Virus record (IMG/VR): IMGVR_UViG_3300031519_004372
Span: 1-64,000 of that record
Direction: 5' to 3' (one strand)
Length of the DNA stretch: 64,000 nt
From: a virus
In this document: in pieces, positions 18,201 to 27,289 of the stretch
Layout of the letters: each line of letters opens with the position of its first letter
Numbering within the stretch: position 1 is the stretch's first letter
The notes under the pieces: generated by a model
The model's database searches: none
The model's input: the letters and a program-made list of their open reading frames with translations, nothing else
Told to the model about the DNA's origin: nothing
Made by a program: the position numbers and the translations under genes

Positions 18201-19133
18201 TTATTCTGGATCTATCAATTTTTGGTGTCTAGCTATTCTGTCTGGTTGTTGATATACTGCTTTAAAAAACTTACTTTGTTCAGCATCTAATGGATTTGCT
18301 GCAATAGGAATTCTAAGCTCGCGTATTAACGTATCTCCTAATTTTATAATTTCGGAAGGTAACATTTCATCTGTAATTTTACTATACGCTTTATCCCACA
18401 TATTGTTTAAATATTCAAAGTCACGTACATTTACATAATCCCAATCTGTACACATGGTTTTATATAACCCTTCGCGAGCTCCATAAATAGCCCACAATCC
18501 GTGTTCTACATCAGCACCGCTCATGGTCCAGATATACAATCGGTGTAAATTTTTCCAATGACTAGTCAGAAGTTCTTCAGTAGTATTAAGTTTTACTCCT
18601 TGGTCAAGTGCCATCTTGACGCCTTCACGGAAACCAGCTCTCCATGCTTGTTGTGAAGTATAATTATTATATACATCACTAAAACAACTATTTTGTTGAA
18701 TGTATTGTAAATCCCAACAAAAGTCTACTTGTGCATGGGCATTATTAGGATCTGCATTTTCATGTGTACGCATGTTTAATACATAGTCTTTAGGCCAGCA
18801 TTTAAGTCCCCCGTTACCGTACATTAGTCCGTTGATTATATTCTTTCCGCACCAACTAATTACACTATGTTCTAAGTCTGCATGGTCATCAAAGTTAATT
18901 TCTTGTTGTATAAAAGTGTCTCTAATAATATTATCGCCGTCAACTGTAATAAAACGATCTGTTTCACTTAGTTTAGCACATGCTTTGTGTGCGGCATCAC
19001 TGCCTTCTACACCGTGTACACGCTTTGCCCAAGGCACCTTTGTTAATAAATCGGCATAATTTTTTTCTGCGTTTGGTTCATCGTAACTTAAATAAATGAT
19101 GTCGTAATCTACAACTTTAAATACTTTAGACAT
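18201..19133 (-). CDS. Glycosyltransferase-like protein (GT-A, DxD)
   Basis: YDIIYLSYDEP, RVHGVEGSDAAH, FITVDGDN and YGNGGLKCWP; paralogue of 9114-9779. Confidence 0.7.
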   Translation of the reverse strand: MSKVFKVVDYDIIYLSYDEPNAEKNYADLLTKVPWAKRVHGVEGSDAAHKACAKLSETDRFITVDGDNIIRDTFIQQEINFDDHADLEHSVISWCGKNIINGLMYGNGGLKCWPKDYVLNMRTHENADPNNAHAQVDFCWDLQYIQQNSCFSDVYNNYTSQQAWRAGFREGVKMALDQGVKLNTTEELLTSHWKNLHRLYIWTMSGADVEHGLWAIYGAREGLYKTMCTDWDYVNVRDFEYLNNMWDKAYSKITDEMLPSEIIKLGDTLIRELRIPIAANPLDAEQSKFFKAVYQQPDRIARHQKLIDPE

Positions 19134-19136
19134 ATA

Positions 19137-19703
19137 TTAGCATTCCTTAACAACATGATAAAACTGTTCATTAATAACAGGACAGTATAAACTAACGTCA
19201 TTCCAAGACACTATTGAAGGATCATTAACAGAGATATCAAATAATGGTTTTTTTGTAAACTTTTGCATGTCGATTGTAAGTTCGCCTATTAATATATTCG
19301 GATTATGTGCTTGTGTTATGTACACTCTTTTGTACTGTTGCATGTATTTATGGTGCAGTATTCTTGTTAAGGACGGTCCTGATAAATTTGCTTTAGCTTG
19401 CCATTTCTTTTTCTTTAAGTCCTGAATAATATAAAATGAATTTTTTAAATACTGCTTGGGTTGGTGTATTTTTTTAAGTTCATGAACACTTTTATCAATG
19501 TTAAAAATTTCAGCAGCATCTTTTCTTAAAAACGTTGGAGGACCACCATCAGTTAGTTCTATAAAATAATCAATAAGATTATTTTTTCCAGAAACAAATT
19601 CGACATATGTAGCTTGGTCAATTGGAAGGTATGACTTATTATCATGTAATTCGTTGGTTACTGAAAGCAAATCTCCAGCTTTATTATAGTATACATAAAA
19701 CAT
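19137..19703 (-). CDS. Hypothetical protein
   Basis: 188-aa ORF coupled to its neighbours; no motif recognised. Confidence 0.65.
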   Translation of the reverse strand: MFYVYYNKAGDLLSVTNELHDNKSYLPIDQATYVEFVSGKNNLIDYFIELTDGGPPTFLRKDAAEIFNIDKSVHELKKIHQPKQYLKNSFYIIQDLKKKKWQAKANLSGPSLTRILHHKYMQQYKRVYITQAHNPNILIGELTIDMQKFTKKPLFDISVNDPSIVSWNDVSLYCPVINEQFYHVVKEC

Positions 19704-20530
19704 TATAACGACTCCAGTCTACTAATCATTTGGTCTGTTAAGAATTCCGGTTCAATATAATGTAATATATTGCGTTGTAGGAAATTACCAATTAACAAAT
19801 TTTTTTCTTGTGTTAAATATCCGCCTAATACATTAGTCCATTTTTCAGGAATATCGTGCCAACTTTGACAATGTGTTTTCATATGCGTAAAAGTAATATT
19901 AGAATTAGGATTAGTTATACTAGTTTCATTATCTAGTATCTTGCTTACAACTGCACAACTTAGATCAAAACTGCACCATTTCTGATAATAATTTCCTGCA
20001 ACTTTTCCATAAAACATTTCCCAGTTGTTCATTACTAATTCTAATAGTGTAAAAAACTCATGTGCTATTTTGCTTTTTTTAAAATAATAAAACCCACTAT
20101 ATAAATTTGGTAACTTGTTTTCGTCAAACGTTTTTCTGTAGTAGCGAGAAGTAACTATCTCATTTCGATAATTCTTTACATTACTAACAAAAAACAAATC
20201 TTGTTTACTAAGTTCGTCCCACCAGTGAGTTATATCATGTAATACTAACATATCAACATCCATAACAATAGTATTATCATACGGTGATGCGTGATACACT
20301 TTCCATCGATTTTCAATTTTCCAATCTGTATCTTCTGCTTGATCTGTCCACGGAATTGGAATTATTTGATCAAATACTGATTGCCATTCAACAGGAACAG
20401 GATCATTTGTAATAATACAAATTTTCTGATCTTTATTAAACTTATGAATACTTAATGCAAGTGCATATGCTTGTCGTACATAGTCAGTTGTAGAATTATT
20501 TTGTGCTAATAAGCAAAATCCATTATTCAT
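19703..20530 (-). CDS. Glycosyltransferase, GT8-like
   Basis: GFCLLA, SPYDNTIVMDVDML (DxD), LYSGFYYF and FTHMK. Confidence 0.7.
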   Translation of the reverse strand: MNNGFCLLAQNNSTTDYVRQAYALALSIHKFNKDQKICIITNDPVPVEWQSVFDQIIPIPWTDQAEDTDWKIENRWKVYHASPYDNTIVMDVDMLVLHDITHWWDELSKQDLFFVSNVKNYRNEIVTSRYYRKTFDENKLPNLYSGFYYFKKSKIAHEFFTLLELVMNNWEMFYGKVAGNYYQKWCSFDLSCAVVSKILDNETSITNPNSNITFTHMKTHCQSWHDIPEKWTNVLGGYLTQEKNLLIGNFLQRNILHYIEPEFLTDQMISRLESL

Positions 20531-21386
20531 TTGTAAACTCTTTATCTATAACTCTTCCTAAACTAAATTTATTCATTACGTGTACATTTAGATCTTCTAC
20601 ACTTACTGTAATATATTTTTGGCCATTATTTGCACAATCAGCAATAAATGTTAGTTTATTATTTTCTATTGAAAGGAACAAATCTGAATCAGAAGCAAGA
20701 TACATATTACCCGGCATTACAACAGGCCAGTGTTGATTAAGTTGAAATCCTCGTAAAATATGCACTGCTATACTAAAAGAAAAATCATTTCGATAATTGC
20801 TATCAGGAATTTGATACATTAACCTATAATAATGCCAATTATCTTTAATATGATTTACTAAATTAAAATATAGTTCCATAAACGGACTTTTTTTAAAATA
20901 AAACCCAGTAGCCCAATACATATCAATTGTTCTATCACTAATTCTATTAAATTTTTGTACAGTACGAACAGTACTAATAATATCCTTTGGCGTACTATAT
21001 ATTAAAAAGTCTTCGTTGAGATCAAAACAATTTAATAAAATATTGTTTCCAATAATATAATCAGCGTCTAAAACAATTGTCTCATCAAATGGAGTTAATC
21101 TATAACAATCAGATCTGCTATGATTTTTCCAAGGCAGTCTCTTAGTAGTATACACTCCGTCTAAGAAATTTCGTTTTTGATCTACATAAACTTCTGGAAT
21201 TACAATAATCTCGTCAATGTATTTTTTATAAAACTTAAATGCAGTCTCTAGATAGTCTGGAGTATCTGTTACTATTGCAACAGGTAATTTCAAATGCTCT
21301 TTAATTTTTTTTGCACAAAAAACCGCTTGTTTTATATAATCAACTTCTTGATTATTTAATGCATAAAGTAACACTCCCTTTGTCAT
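20523..21386 (-). CDS. Glycosyltransferase, GT8-like
   Basis: GVLLYA, TPFDETIVLDADY (DxD), WATGFYF and HVMNK; paralogue of the adjacent gene. Confidence 0.7.
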   Translation of the reverse strand: MTKGVLLYALNNQEVDYIKQAVFCAKKIKEHLKLPVAIVTDTPDYLETAFKFYKKYIDEIIVIPEVYVDQKRNFLDGVYTTKRLPWKNHSRSDCYRLTPFDETIVLDADYIIGNNILLNCFDLNEDFLIYSTPKDIISTVRTVQKFNRISDRTIDMYWATGFYFKKSPFMELYFNLVNHIKDNWHYYRLMYQIPDSNYRNDFSFSIAVHILRGFQLNQHWPVVMPGNMYLASDSDLFLSIENNKLTFIADCANNGQKYITVSVEDLNVHVMNKFSLGRVIDKEFTNE

Positions 21387-21730
21387 AGATCTAACATACC
21401 TTTAATTGATTTAGATTTTTTTAGTTCATTAAATTTTACTAGATACGAATTTGTGTTTGAAGAATATATACTAAGAATATCTTCAAAAAATTCATTAAGA
21501 TTTTCAATTTCAACAGGTGTGTTATTGTCATCTATAATAACAGCACTTGTTTGATTATTTTGAATTAGTGTATTACAAAAATTAAGTAATTCCTTATTAA
21601 TATTAAATTTTCCGCCATAAACATAATGCTCACAGCTTTCTAGAAACTTTTCGTGGATTAAATTTCGTTGGTTATTAAGTGTAACAGTAAAATTAGAAAA
21701 TTCAAGAGCTCGTTCTAATCGGTCGTCCAT
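21383..21730 (-). CDS. Hypothetical protein
   Basis: 115 aa with an AAGGAG RBS; first gene after a sigma70 promoter. Confidence 0.7.
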   Translation of the reverse strand: MDDRLERALEFSNFTVTLNNQRNLIHEKFLESCEHYVYGGKFNINKELLNFCNTLIQNNQTSAVIIDDNNTPVEIENLNEFFEDILSIYSSNTNSYLVKFNELKKSKSIKGMLDL

Positions 21731-21757
21731 ATTTATACTCCTTTAACATACAGTACT

Positions 21758-21786
21758 AGTATATACTAAAAACTAGAAGAAGTCAA
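21758..21786 (-). promoter_or_regulatory. sigma70-type promoter heading the GT/radical-SAM operon
   Basis: TTGACT (21786-21781), 17 nt, TATACT (21763-21758). Confidence 0.75.
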
Positions 21787-21791
21787 GGACT

Positions 21792-22808
21792 TTATTGGAT
21801 ATTTTGACTTATAGTGTAACCCGGATTAAGAATAGTTATAGGTGTTGTACACCTTATTTGTGACATAGTAATGCTTACGTCACCGTTGACTGATTCGTCA
21901 GTATAAGGATCACCTGAGTCAGAATCTGTCCAAACAAACTGAAACAGTATGTTTCCTGATCCATCTATTTTAGCATTTATAGAAAAATTATTTTCAGCAT
22001 ATAAAGCATCAGATCCATACTTAATAGCAATTTGTTGATAGCTTGTTGTTAAATCTTCTGAACCAAATCCACTACCAACTGTTGCAGATCCTGTAGTAGT
22101 TGTAGCACTATTTTTAAAAGAAATAGTACCTGCATTTACTAACATTGTTGTCCAGTCTGCTGCTTTTGTCCCTGAACCGTTTGTCATTTCTGAAGAAAAA
22201 CGAATTTCTCCGCCTGTATTAAAAAAGTGTCTTCTGTGGTCATCAGTAGTTGCTGTTACTGTTGCGCCTGCATTATTTTTACAATTATATCCGCCAGCAA
22301 ATGTAACTTGTACTATAGCAGATAAACTTTGCCAAGATGATGTATAGGATGCTCCTGACGTTGATGGTACGATTTTTGATTCTAATGATAAGTTAGGTGC
22401 ATAAACAGTTCTTGGATTAGCTTCAATTGTTTCTAATATTCCACTAAAGTCATTTATACCTTTGTTATTAGCAGGATTAACAATAGTAAAGGTATTTGTA
22501 GCGTCATCACGAATTACAGTATTTCCAGTTCCTGTATTTGATACATCGGCTCCAATTATATTTCCTGAAACAAGTTGTCCAACACTTGTAGTTGAATTTA
22601 ATTGATGGGCATAAATTAGGTTAATATCTGTACGCAAGCCATCCCATTGAGCAGCTGAAATTTCAGTAGTTCCTGCAACTGCTTGTCCTGGGCCGGTCAT
22701 TGCAACACCATAACCAGAGGTGCCGGTGCCAATACCTAATATTGCGTTAAGACGCAACACATAATCATTATATTCAGTAATTGTTACATTTGTACCAACT
22801 GCGACCAT
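21792..22808 (-). CDS. Putative virion structural protein (tail/fibre associated)
   Basis: Thr/Gly/Ser-rich; shares the RRHFFNxGGxxR motif and N-terminal GYG motif with 22874-23776; TAAATA upstream (22841-22846). Confidence 0.6.
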   Translation of the reverse strand: MVAVGTNVTITEYNDYVLRLNAILGIGTGTSGYGVAMTGPGQAVAGTTEISAAQWDGLRTDINLIYAHQLNSTTSVGQLVSGNIIGADVSNTGTGNTVIRDDATNTFTIVNPANNKGINDFSGILETIEANPRTVYAPNLSLESKIVPSTSGASYTSSWQSLSAIVQVTFAGGYNCKNNAGATVTATTDDHRRHFFNTGGEIRFSSEMTNGSGTKAADWTTMLVNAGTISFKNSATTTTGSATVGSGFGSEDLTTSYQQIAIKYGSDALYAENNFSINAKIDGSGNILFQFVWTDSDSGDPYTDESVNGDVSITMSQIRCTTPITILNPGYTISQNIQ

Positions 22809-22873
22809 ACGCTAAATACCCCTTTATTGAACTATATTGTATTTATTAAAAAAGAAGGTACCCTAAATATTTT

Positions 22874-23776
22874 TTATAACAAAGTAGTGTTAGAGTAAGT
22901 AGGTGACGGAATAGAAACATATGTTCCTGAAGGTCTACGATGTGTAATAGAACTAGTAATCGTTCCTGTTACGTTAGGATCTCCGCCACCGTCTGCGTTA
23001 TCTTGTAACTGTATCTCAATTTCTATTTTATCACTATCTATTGTTTTTGCATTAACTTGAAACATGTTATTAGAATAATCATACGCTGTTCCTAGCTTAT
23101 GAAACAATCTCTGCGATGTTGAAGTTAATTCAAAATTTCCAATTGCCGTAGGAACTCCTGTTCCTGATTGTGTTGTAGTATGAGACGCAATAGTTATTGT
23201 GCCCATTGCAGATAACATAGTAGCCCAATCTGAATCTTTTGCACTACTTCCAGATGTTAATTGTCCTTGGATTCTTAGTTGTCCGCCTGCATTAAAAAAA
23301 TGTCTTCTTGCATCTATACTTGCAAACGTTATTAAAAACTTATGAATAATCGTTCCGTTCCATTCTGAAACTCGTGTACTTGATAATACAGCCTCTACTG
23401 ACGCTTGTGTATCATCGCATTGTTGCTTGTCACCTTCGATGTTATTAAGCAATGCTAAGTAATCGTTGATTCCTTTTGACGTGCTAATTGCACCAGATGC
23501 CGAAATAGACTCAGTTGCTCCAATTTGGTCTGTAACTCCTATAGTTTCTAACGGAGATAGACTACCTGTTTGGTGAGCTCGACATTTATCAATATCAGAT
23601 TTTAAATTATTTAAATGCTGTGCAGTTATAACAGTATTAGCAGCAACGATTGAACTGCTGAGAGATTGTCCGTACCCAGTATCAGTAAATCCTTGTCCTA
23701 AAACAGTTTCTATTCTACTTTGCAAACCGTTAAATGTAGCTGCAGTGATTACTTCTTGTGATACAACATCAACCAT
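22874..23776 (-). CDS. Putative virion structural protein, paralogue of 21792-22808
   Basis: DARRHFFNAGGQLRI and DWATML motifs shared with the neighbour. Confidence 0.6.
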   Translation of the reverse strand: MVDVVSQEVITAATFNGLQSRIETVLGQGFTDTGYGQSLSSSIVAANTVITAQHLNNLKSDIDKCRAHQTGSLSPLETIGVTDQIGATESISASGAISTSKGINDYLALLNNIEGDKQQCDDTQASVEAVLSSTRVSEWNGTIIHKFLITFASIDARRHFFNAGGQLRIQGQLTSGSSAKDSDWATMLSAMGTITIASHTTTQSGTGVPTAIGNFELTSTSQRLFHKLGTAYDYSNNMFQVNAKTIDSDKIEIEIQLQDNADGGGDPNVTGTITSSITHRRPSGTYVSIPSPTYSNTTLL

Positions 23777-23800
23777 AATTCGCTAACCTTTTATTTAACT

Positions 23801-25327
23801 TTAAACTTTTAATACACATTCGACCAGTTTCTCGCCTTCATTGGTATTAGATTCTAGTGCAATACCTACAATATTACGCTCTGTTGCTATAGAAGCTTGG
23901 CAAATGCCATTCTCTCCAACATATACTGCATTGCCTTTTTCTACTACTCCAATTATTCGTACTGGTACTCTTCCTTTTAATCCAATTATTTGACCTTTAC
24001 TTTCAGCATTCATTAGATACGCAGGAGAATTCGAAACTACTCCAATACATATATCTAATCCTGATGCTGCATCAGCTTCATGATCTGGATGAGTGCATAT
24101 AGAAACTGCTGTTCCTACAGGAAGTTCTTCTACAGTTGTATATTTTTCAGCTAAGTCAGCATATTGTGCTTGTGTCGAAATACCAACAAAATAATTAGCC
24201 TTTAACGACCCTGCTGGAATAGTTTGTGCATTAATAACTTCTGAAGCAGCTGTTCTTGTTGCAACTGTACCGTTAGCAATAGTTTCTGAACCTGCTCGAC
24301 TAGTGCCGTCTACAACCAATGCTGTAGCTTTTTCTGAGGTACCTGTAAAATTAGTTGCATATACATTATTAAATAAATGATCTGACGATCCTAATGTTAC
24401 TGTTTCAGTTGTAATGCCGTCAGTTGCTAATCCAGGTATAACAGAATTTGATTTAACACGTAATGGATTTTTAATTGCTCCAGCAGCTGTTGCTACTCTA
24501 ACATTTATAAGTGCTCCAATTTCGTTAGCAATTACTGCTTCATTACCGTTTTCAATTTTAATTCTAAAATCGTTTGAGTCACCAATTGCTATACCAATGT
24601 CTGCAAATTCAGCTAAACTTGTAAAGTTTGCATCTCCTACTTGAATATAGTTTGCTGCATCAATTCCACCAAGTTTTAGTGCGTTTGATGCTGTTCCCCA
24701 ATATATAAAGTTGGTTGAAGTGACGCCGCCAGTTGAATTAACAGTGTTCTTTAATGTCATACCTTGTTTGATAATATCAAACCCTGCAATAGCATTAGTT
24801 ACGTCTGTCGAATCAATTGTAAATGTTTGGTTTGAAACAACCATTACTACTTCGTCATTAATGATTGCTTTAATTATTGACCTTGCAGTTCCAGTGTTAT
24901 CATTAACTGTGTCACTTTTCCATTGAGTTAATAATGCTCCAGCATCTTGCGGGCCGACTAAAACAAAGGTCGAACTATTATATGCATATAATTGTTCATT
25001 AGTAGTATCCCACCAAAAATCACCTTCAGTTAATCCTGACGGTTCAGTAGCACTTACTTCTGCGCCGCCTGTAGTACGGAATTTAGTCCCGTCATAAAAT
25101 TTTAATTTTCTTGTTGAACTATCAAACCAAATTTGCCCTGATATAGCTTTTGGTGGAGCACTTATTCCAGAAAAGTTTTCTAATAAGAATACAAAATTTT
25201 CGTTTTGTATCTCTCCATATCCAGCATAATTTTTACCAACTAATTTTAAATCAGTTGTTTGGTCAATGGTTCCATCCTCGACAACTGTAAGTTGAGTATT
25301 ATTATATTTGTCAATCGTATATGCCAT
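23801..25327 (-). CDS. Tail fibre protein with C-terminal intramolecular-chaperone (peptidase G2-like) domain
   Basis: Shared N-terminal module (GKNYAGYG..ENF..LLENF..GQIWFD); C-terminal QYADLAEKY...IGVVS..PAYLMN..GRVPV. Confidence 0.7.
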   Translation of the reverse strand: MAYTIDKYNNTQLTVVEDGTIDQTTDLKLVGKNYAGYGEIQNENFVFLLENFSGISAPPKAISGQIWFDSSTRKLKFYDGTKFRTTGGAEVSATEPSGLTEGDFWWDTTNEQLYAYNSSTFVLVGPQDAGALLTQWKSDTVNDNTGTARSIIKAIINDEVVMVVSNQTFTIDSTDVTNAIAGFDIIKQGMTLKNTVNSTGGVTSTNFIYWGTASNALKLGGIDAANYIQVGDANFTSLAEFADIGIAIGDSNDFRIKIENGNEAVIANEIGALINVRVATAAGAIKNPLRVKSNSVIPGLATDGITTETVTLGSSDHLFNNVYATNFTGTSEKATALVVDGTSRAGSETIANGTVATRTAASEVINAQTIPAGSLKANYFVGISTQAQYADLAEKYTTVEELPVGTAVSICTHPDHEADAASGLDICIGVVSNSPAYLMNAESKGQIIGLKGRVPVRIIGVVEKGNAVYVGENGICQASIATERNIVGIALESNTNEGEKLVECVLKV

Positions 25328-25375
25328 TTTTTCTTTAACCCCTAATATGCATTGTATTAATAGTATTTATCTGCA

Positions 25376-27286
25376 TTACGGATAATTACTCGTACTTGAA
25401 TGTGTCCATGTTGACCCATTACTTGTAAAGATCATAGTATATCTAGACGGTGTAATAGATGCAGTTCCTGAAACGCCTGCTGCATCAACTGCAATATCTT
25501 GTAGTACTGATTGCGATGATGATACATTGTCTTTATCTACTGATACATAGCTTTTATTTAGTGCATCATCTAAGAATGACTGTCCAATATTAATTGTGGC
25601 GCCTGCATAGTCTGTACAATGTATCGTAGCTGTTGCTCCGTTTTTTGTAGTTGCAGGATACATTGTCTGTAAAACTGCTATAACATTAGTAAACGGCCCA
25701 TATCCTACGCCGCCTACATTAGGAGTTGAGAAACCTGTAATATCTAAATTAATACCAATATTATCCGAATCAATCTGTGTGTCTACATAATTCTTTGTAG
25801 CAACTCCTGAAGACGTAAGCGGATCTACAACACCTGTAATTTTCTGTGTGTTAATTGCTATATCGCCAGACGCAACTATATTAAGTCCGCCTGTTGCAGT
25901 AATAGTAGATCCGTTAAAGTTAAGATTATCAATATCAAGACTTCCTAATGTTCCAATATTAACTAAACCTGTTGCTGTTGTAACTGTTGATGCAAGTGTT
26001 GTTGTACTTAACACTTCAACGCCGTCAATTTTATAAGCAGGATCTGCATTAAGACTATTAGTTGTTAAATTTAAATCTTGATTAAATGTCCAACTATTAG
26101 TTGCGTTTATCCAAGAAAGTTCTTTGTCACCGTCTGACGATTTTAAAATAAGTCCGCCGCCGTCAATTACTGCATCAGCACCAACTGTACTATCATCTTG
26201 TATGCCTAGTTCTATATTCTTATCTTCAACACGTAAAGTTGAAGTATTTAAGTATGTTGTATCTCCTGATACTAGTAAGTTTCCACCTACTGTTACATTT
26301 CCTGAAAATTTTCCAGCACCAGTAACGTCAAGCTCAACTGTTGGTGTGTCAGTAAATATACCAACTCGTTTACTTGTTGCATTAACAAGTATTCCTGAGA
26401 TGTAAGCATTACCTTCTCTTACTTTTAGATTAATATCTGTATTAGCTTGTTGAGCTTCTAATTCTATTTGATTAGTTGCTGAATTAAATTTAATAATGCC
26501 GTATTCAACATCACTAACGCCAATTGCTAAACCAAGTGGGTTCTTAATAGAAAGTTTACCTGTAGTTTGTGTTGCACCAACTGCACTCATAAAACTAGCT
26601 GTATCAAAAGATACGCCTGCATCATTAACTAATGCCTTTGCTGACGCAGCTGTACCCCAAAATGTAAACGCATTACTAACAGGATTAAAGCCATTTTTAA
26701 ACAATTGTCTTTTTGGAGTTTGTGTATCATTTGTATCTTGTGGATATCCTGGAATACCATTTACAAGTTCTACATAGTACTGACTATTAGCAAATACACC
26801 AACAAGCAATCCTCCTATATACAATTTTAAGGCAGTTTTTGTTTGGTTAACAGAATCAATAACTGATTGTACTTCAAACCCTGTTTTTTGTTGTCCAGCT
26901 TGATATTCAGGGCCAACTAATACTAAGTCAGTTCCGTCATAAAAGTGTAATTGATTATTTAGACTGTCTATCCAAAGGTCTCCTGAAACCATTGTTGGTT
27001 GGACTGCAGAAACAATAGGTCCGCCTGCAGCTTTAAACGTTGTTCCGTTGTACACTTGCAAACGTTGGCCTACAGTATCAAACCATAATTGACCAGTTAA
27101 TGGTGTACCTGGTGAAGTAGTATTTGCAAAGTTTTCTAACAAAGCAATAAAGTTTTCATTAAACGCTTCACCAAATCCTGAATAATTTCTACCAACAAGT
27201 GTTAAATTACTTGAAGATATATCAACTTGGCCGTCTACGAGATCTACTAGTAAATCTCCATTAGTTTTATTAATTCTATAACTCAT
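25376..27286 (-). CDS. Tail fibre / baseplate-anchored fibre protein
   Basis: Shared N-terminal module (GRNYSGFG..ENF..LLENF..GQLWFD); beta-rich repeats and a VEDKNIELG motif. Confidence 0.65.
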   Translation of the reverse strand: MSYRINKTNGDLLVDLVDGQVDISSSNLTLVGRNYSGFGEAFNENFIALLENFANTTSPGTPLTGQLWFDTVGQRLQVYNGTTFKAAGGPIVSAVQPTMVSGDLWIDSLNNQLHFYDGTDLVLVGPEYQAGQQKTGFEVQSVIDSVNQTKTALKLYIGGLLVGVFANSQYYVELVNGIPGYPQDTNDTQTPKRQLFKNGFNPVSNAFTFWGTAASAKALVNDAGVSFDTASFMSAVGATQTTGKLSIKNPLGLAIGVSDVEYGIIKFNSATNQIELEAQQANTDINLKVREGNAYISGILVNATSKRVGIFTDTPTVELDVTGAGKFSGNVTVGGNLLVSGDTTYLNTSTLRVEDKNIELGIQDDSTVGADAVIDGGGLILKSSDGDKELSWINATNSWTFNQDLNLTTNSLNADPAYKIDGVEVLSTTTLASTVTTATGLVNIGTLGSLDIDNLNFNGSTITATGGLNIVASGDIAINTQKITGVVDPLTSSGVATKNYVDTQIDSDNIGINLDITGFSTPNVGGVGYGPFTNVIAVLQTMYPATTKNGATATIHCTDYAGATINIGQSFLDDALNKSYVSVDKDNVSSSQSVLQDIAVDAAGVSGTASITPSRYTMIFTSNGSTWTHSSTSNYP

Positions 27287-27289
27287 TTA

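Noticed and set aside
679-21730. Classical RiPP cluster or known DNA-hypermodification pathway
   Set aside because: No short leader/core precursor peptide, peptidase or exporter is evident, and there are no dNMP hydroxymethylase, kinase or 7-deazaguanine genes in the window. These cannot be excluded for genes outside it.
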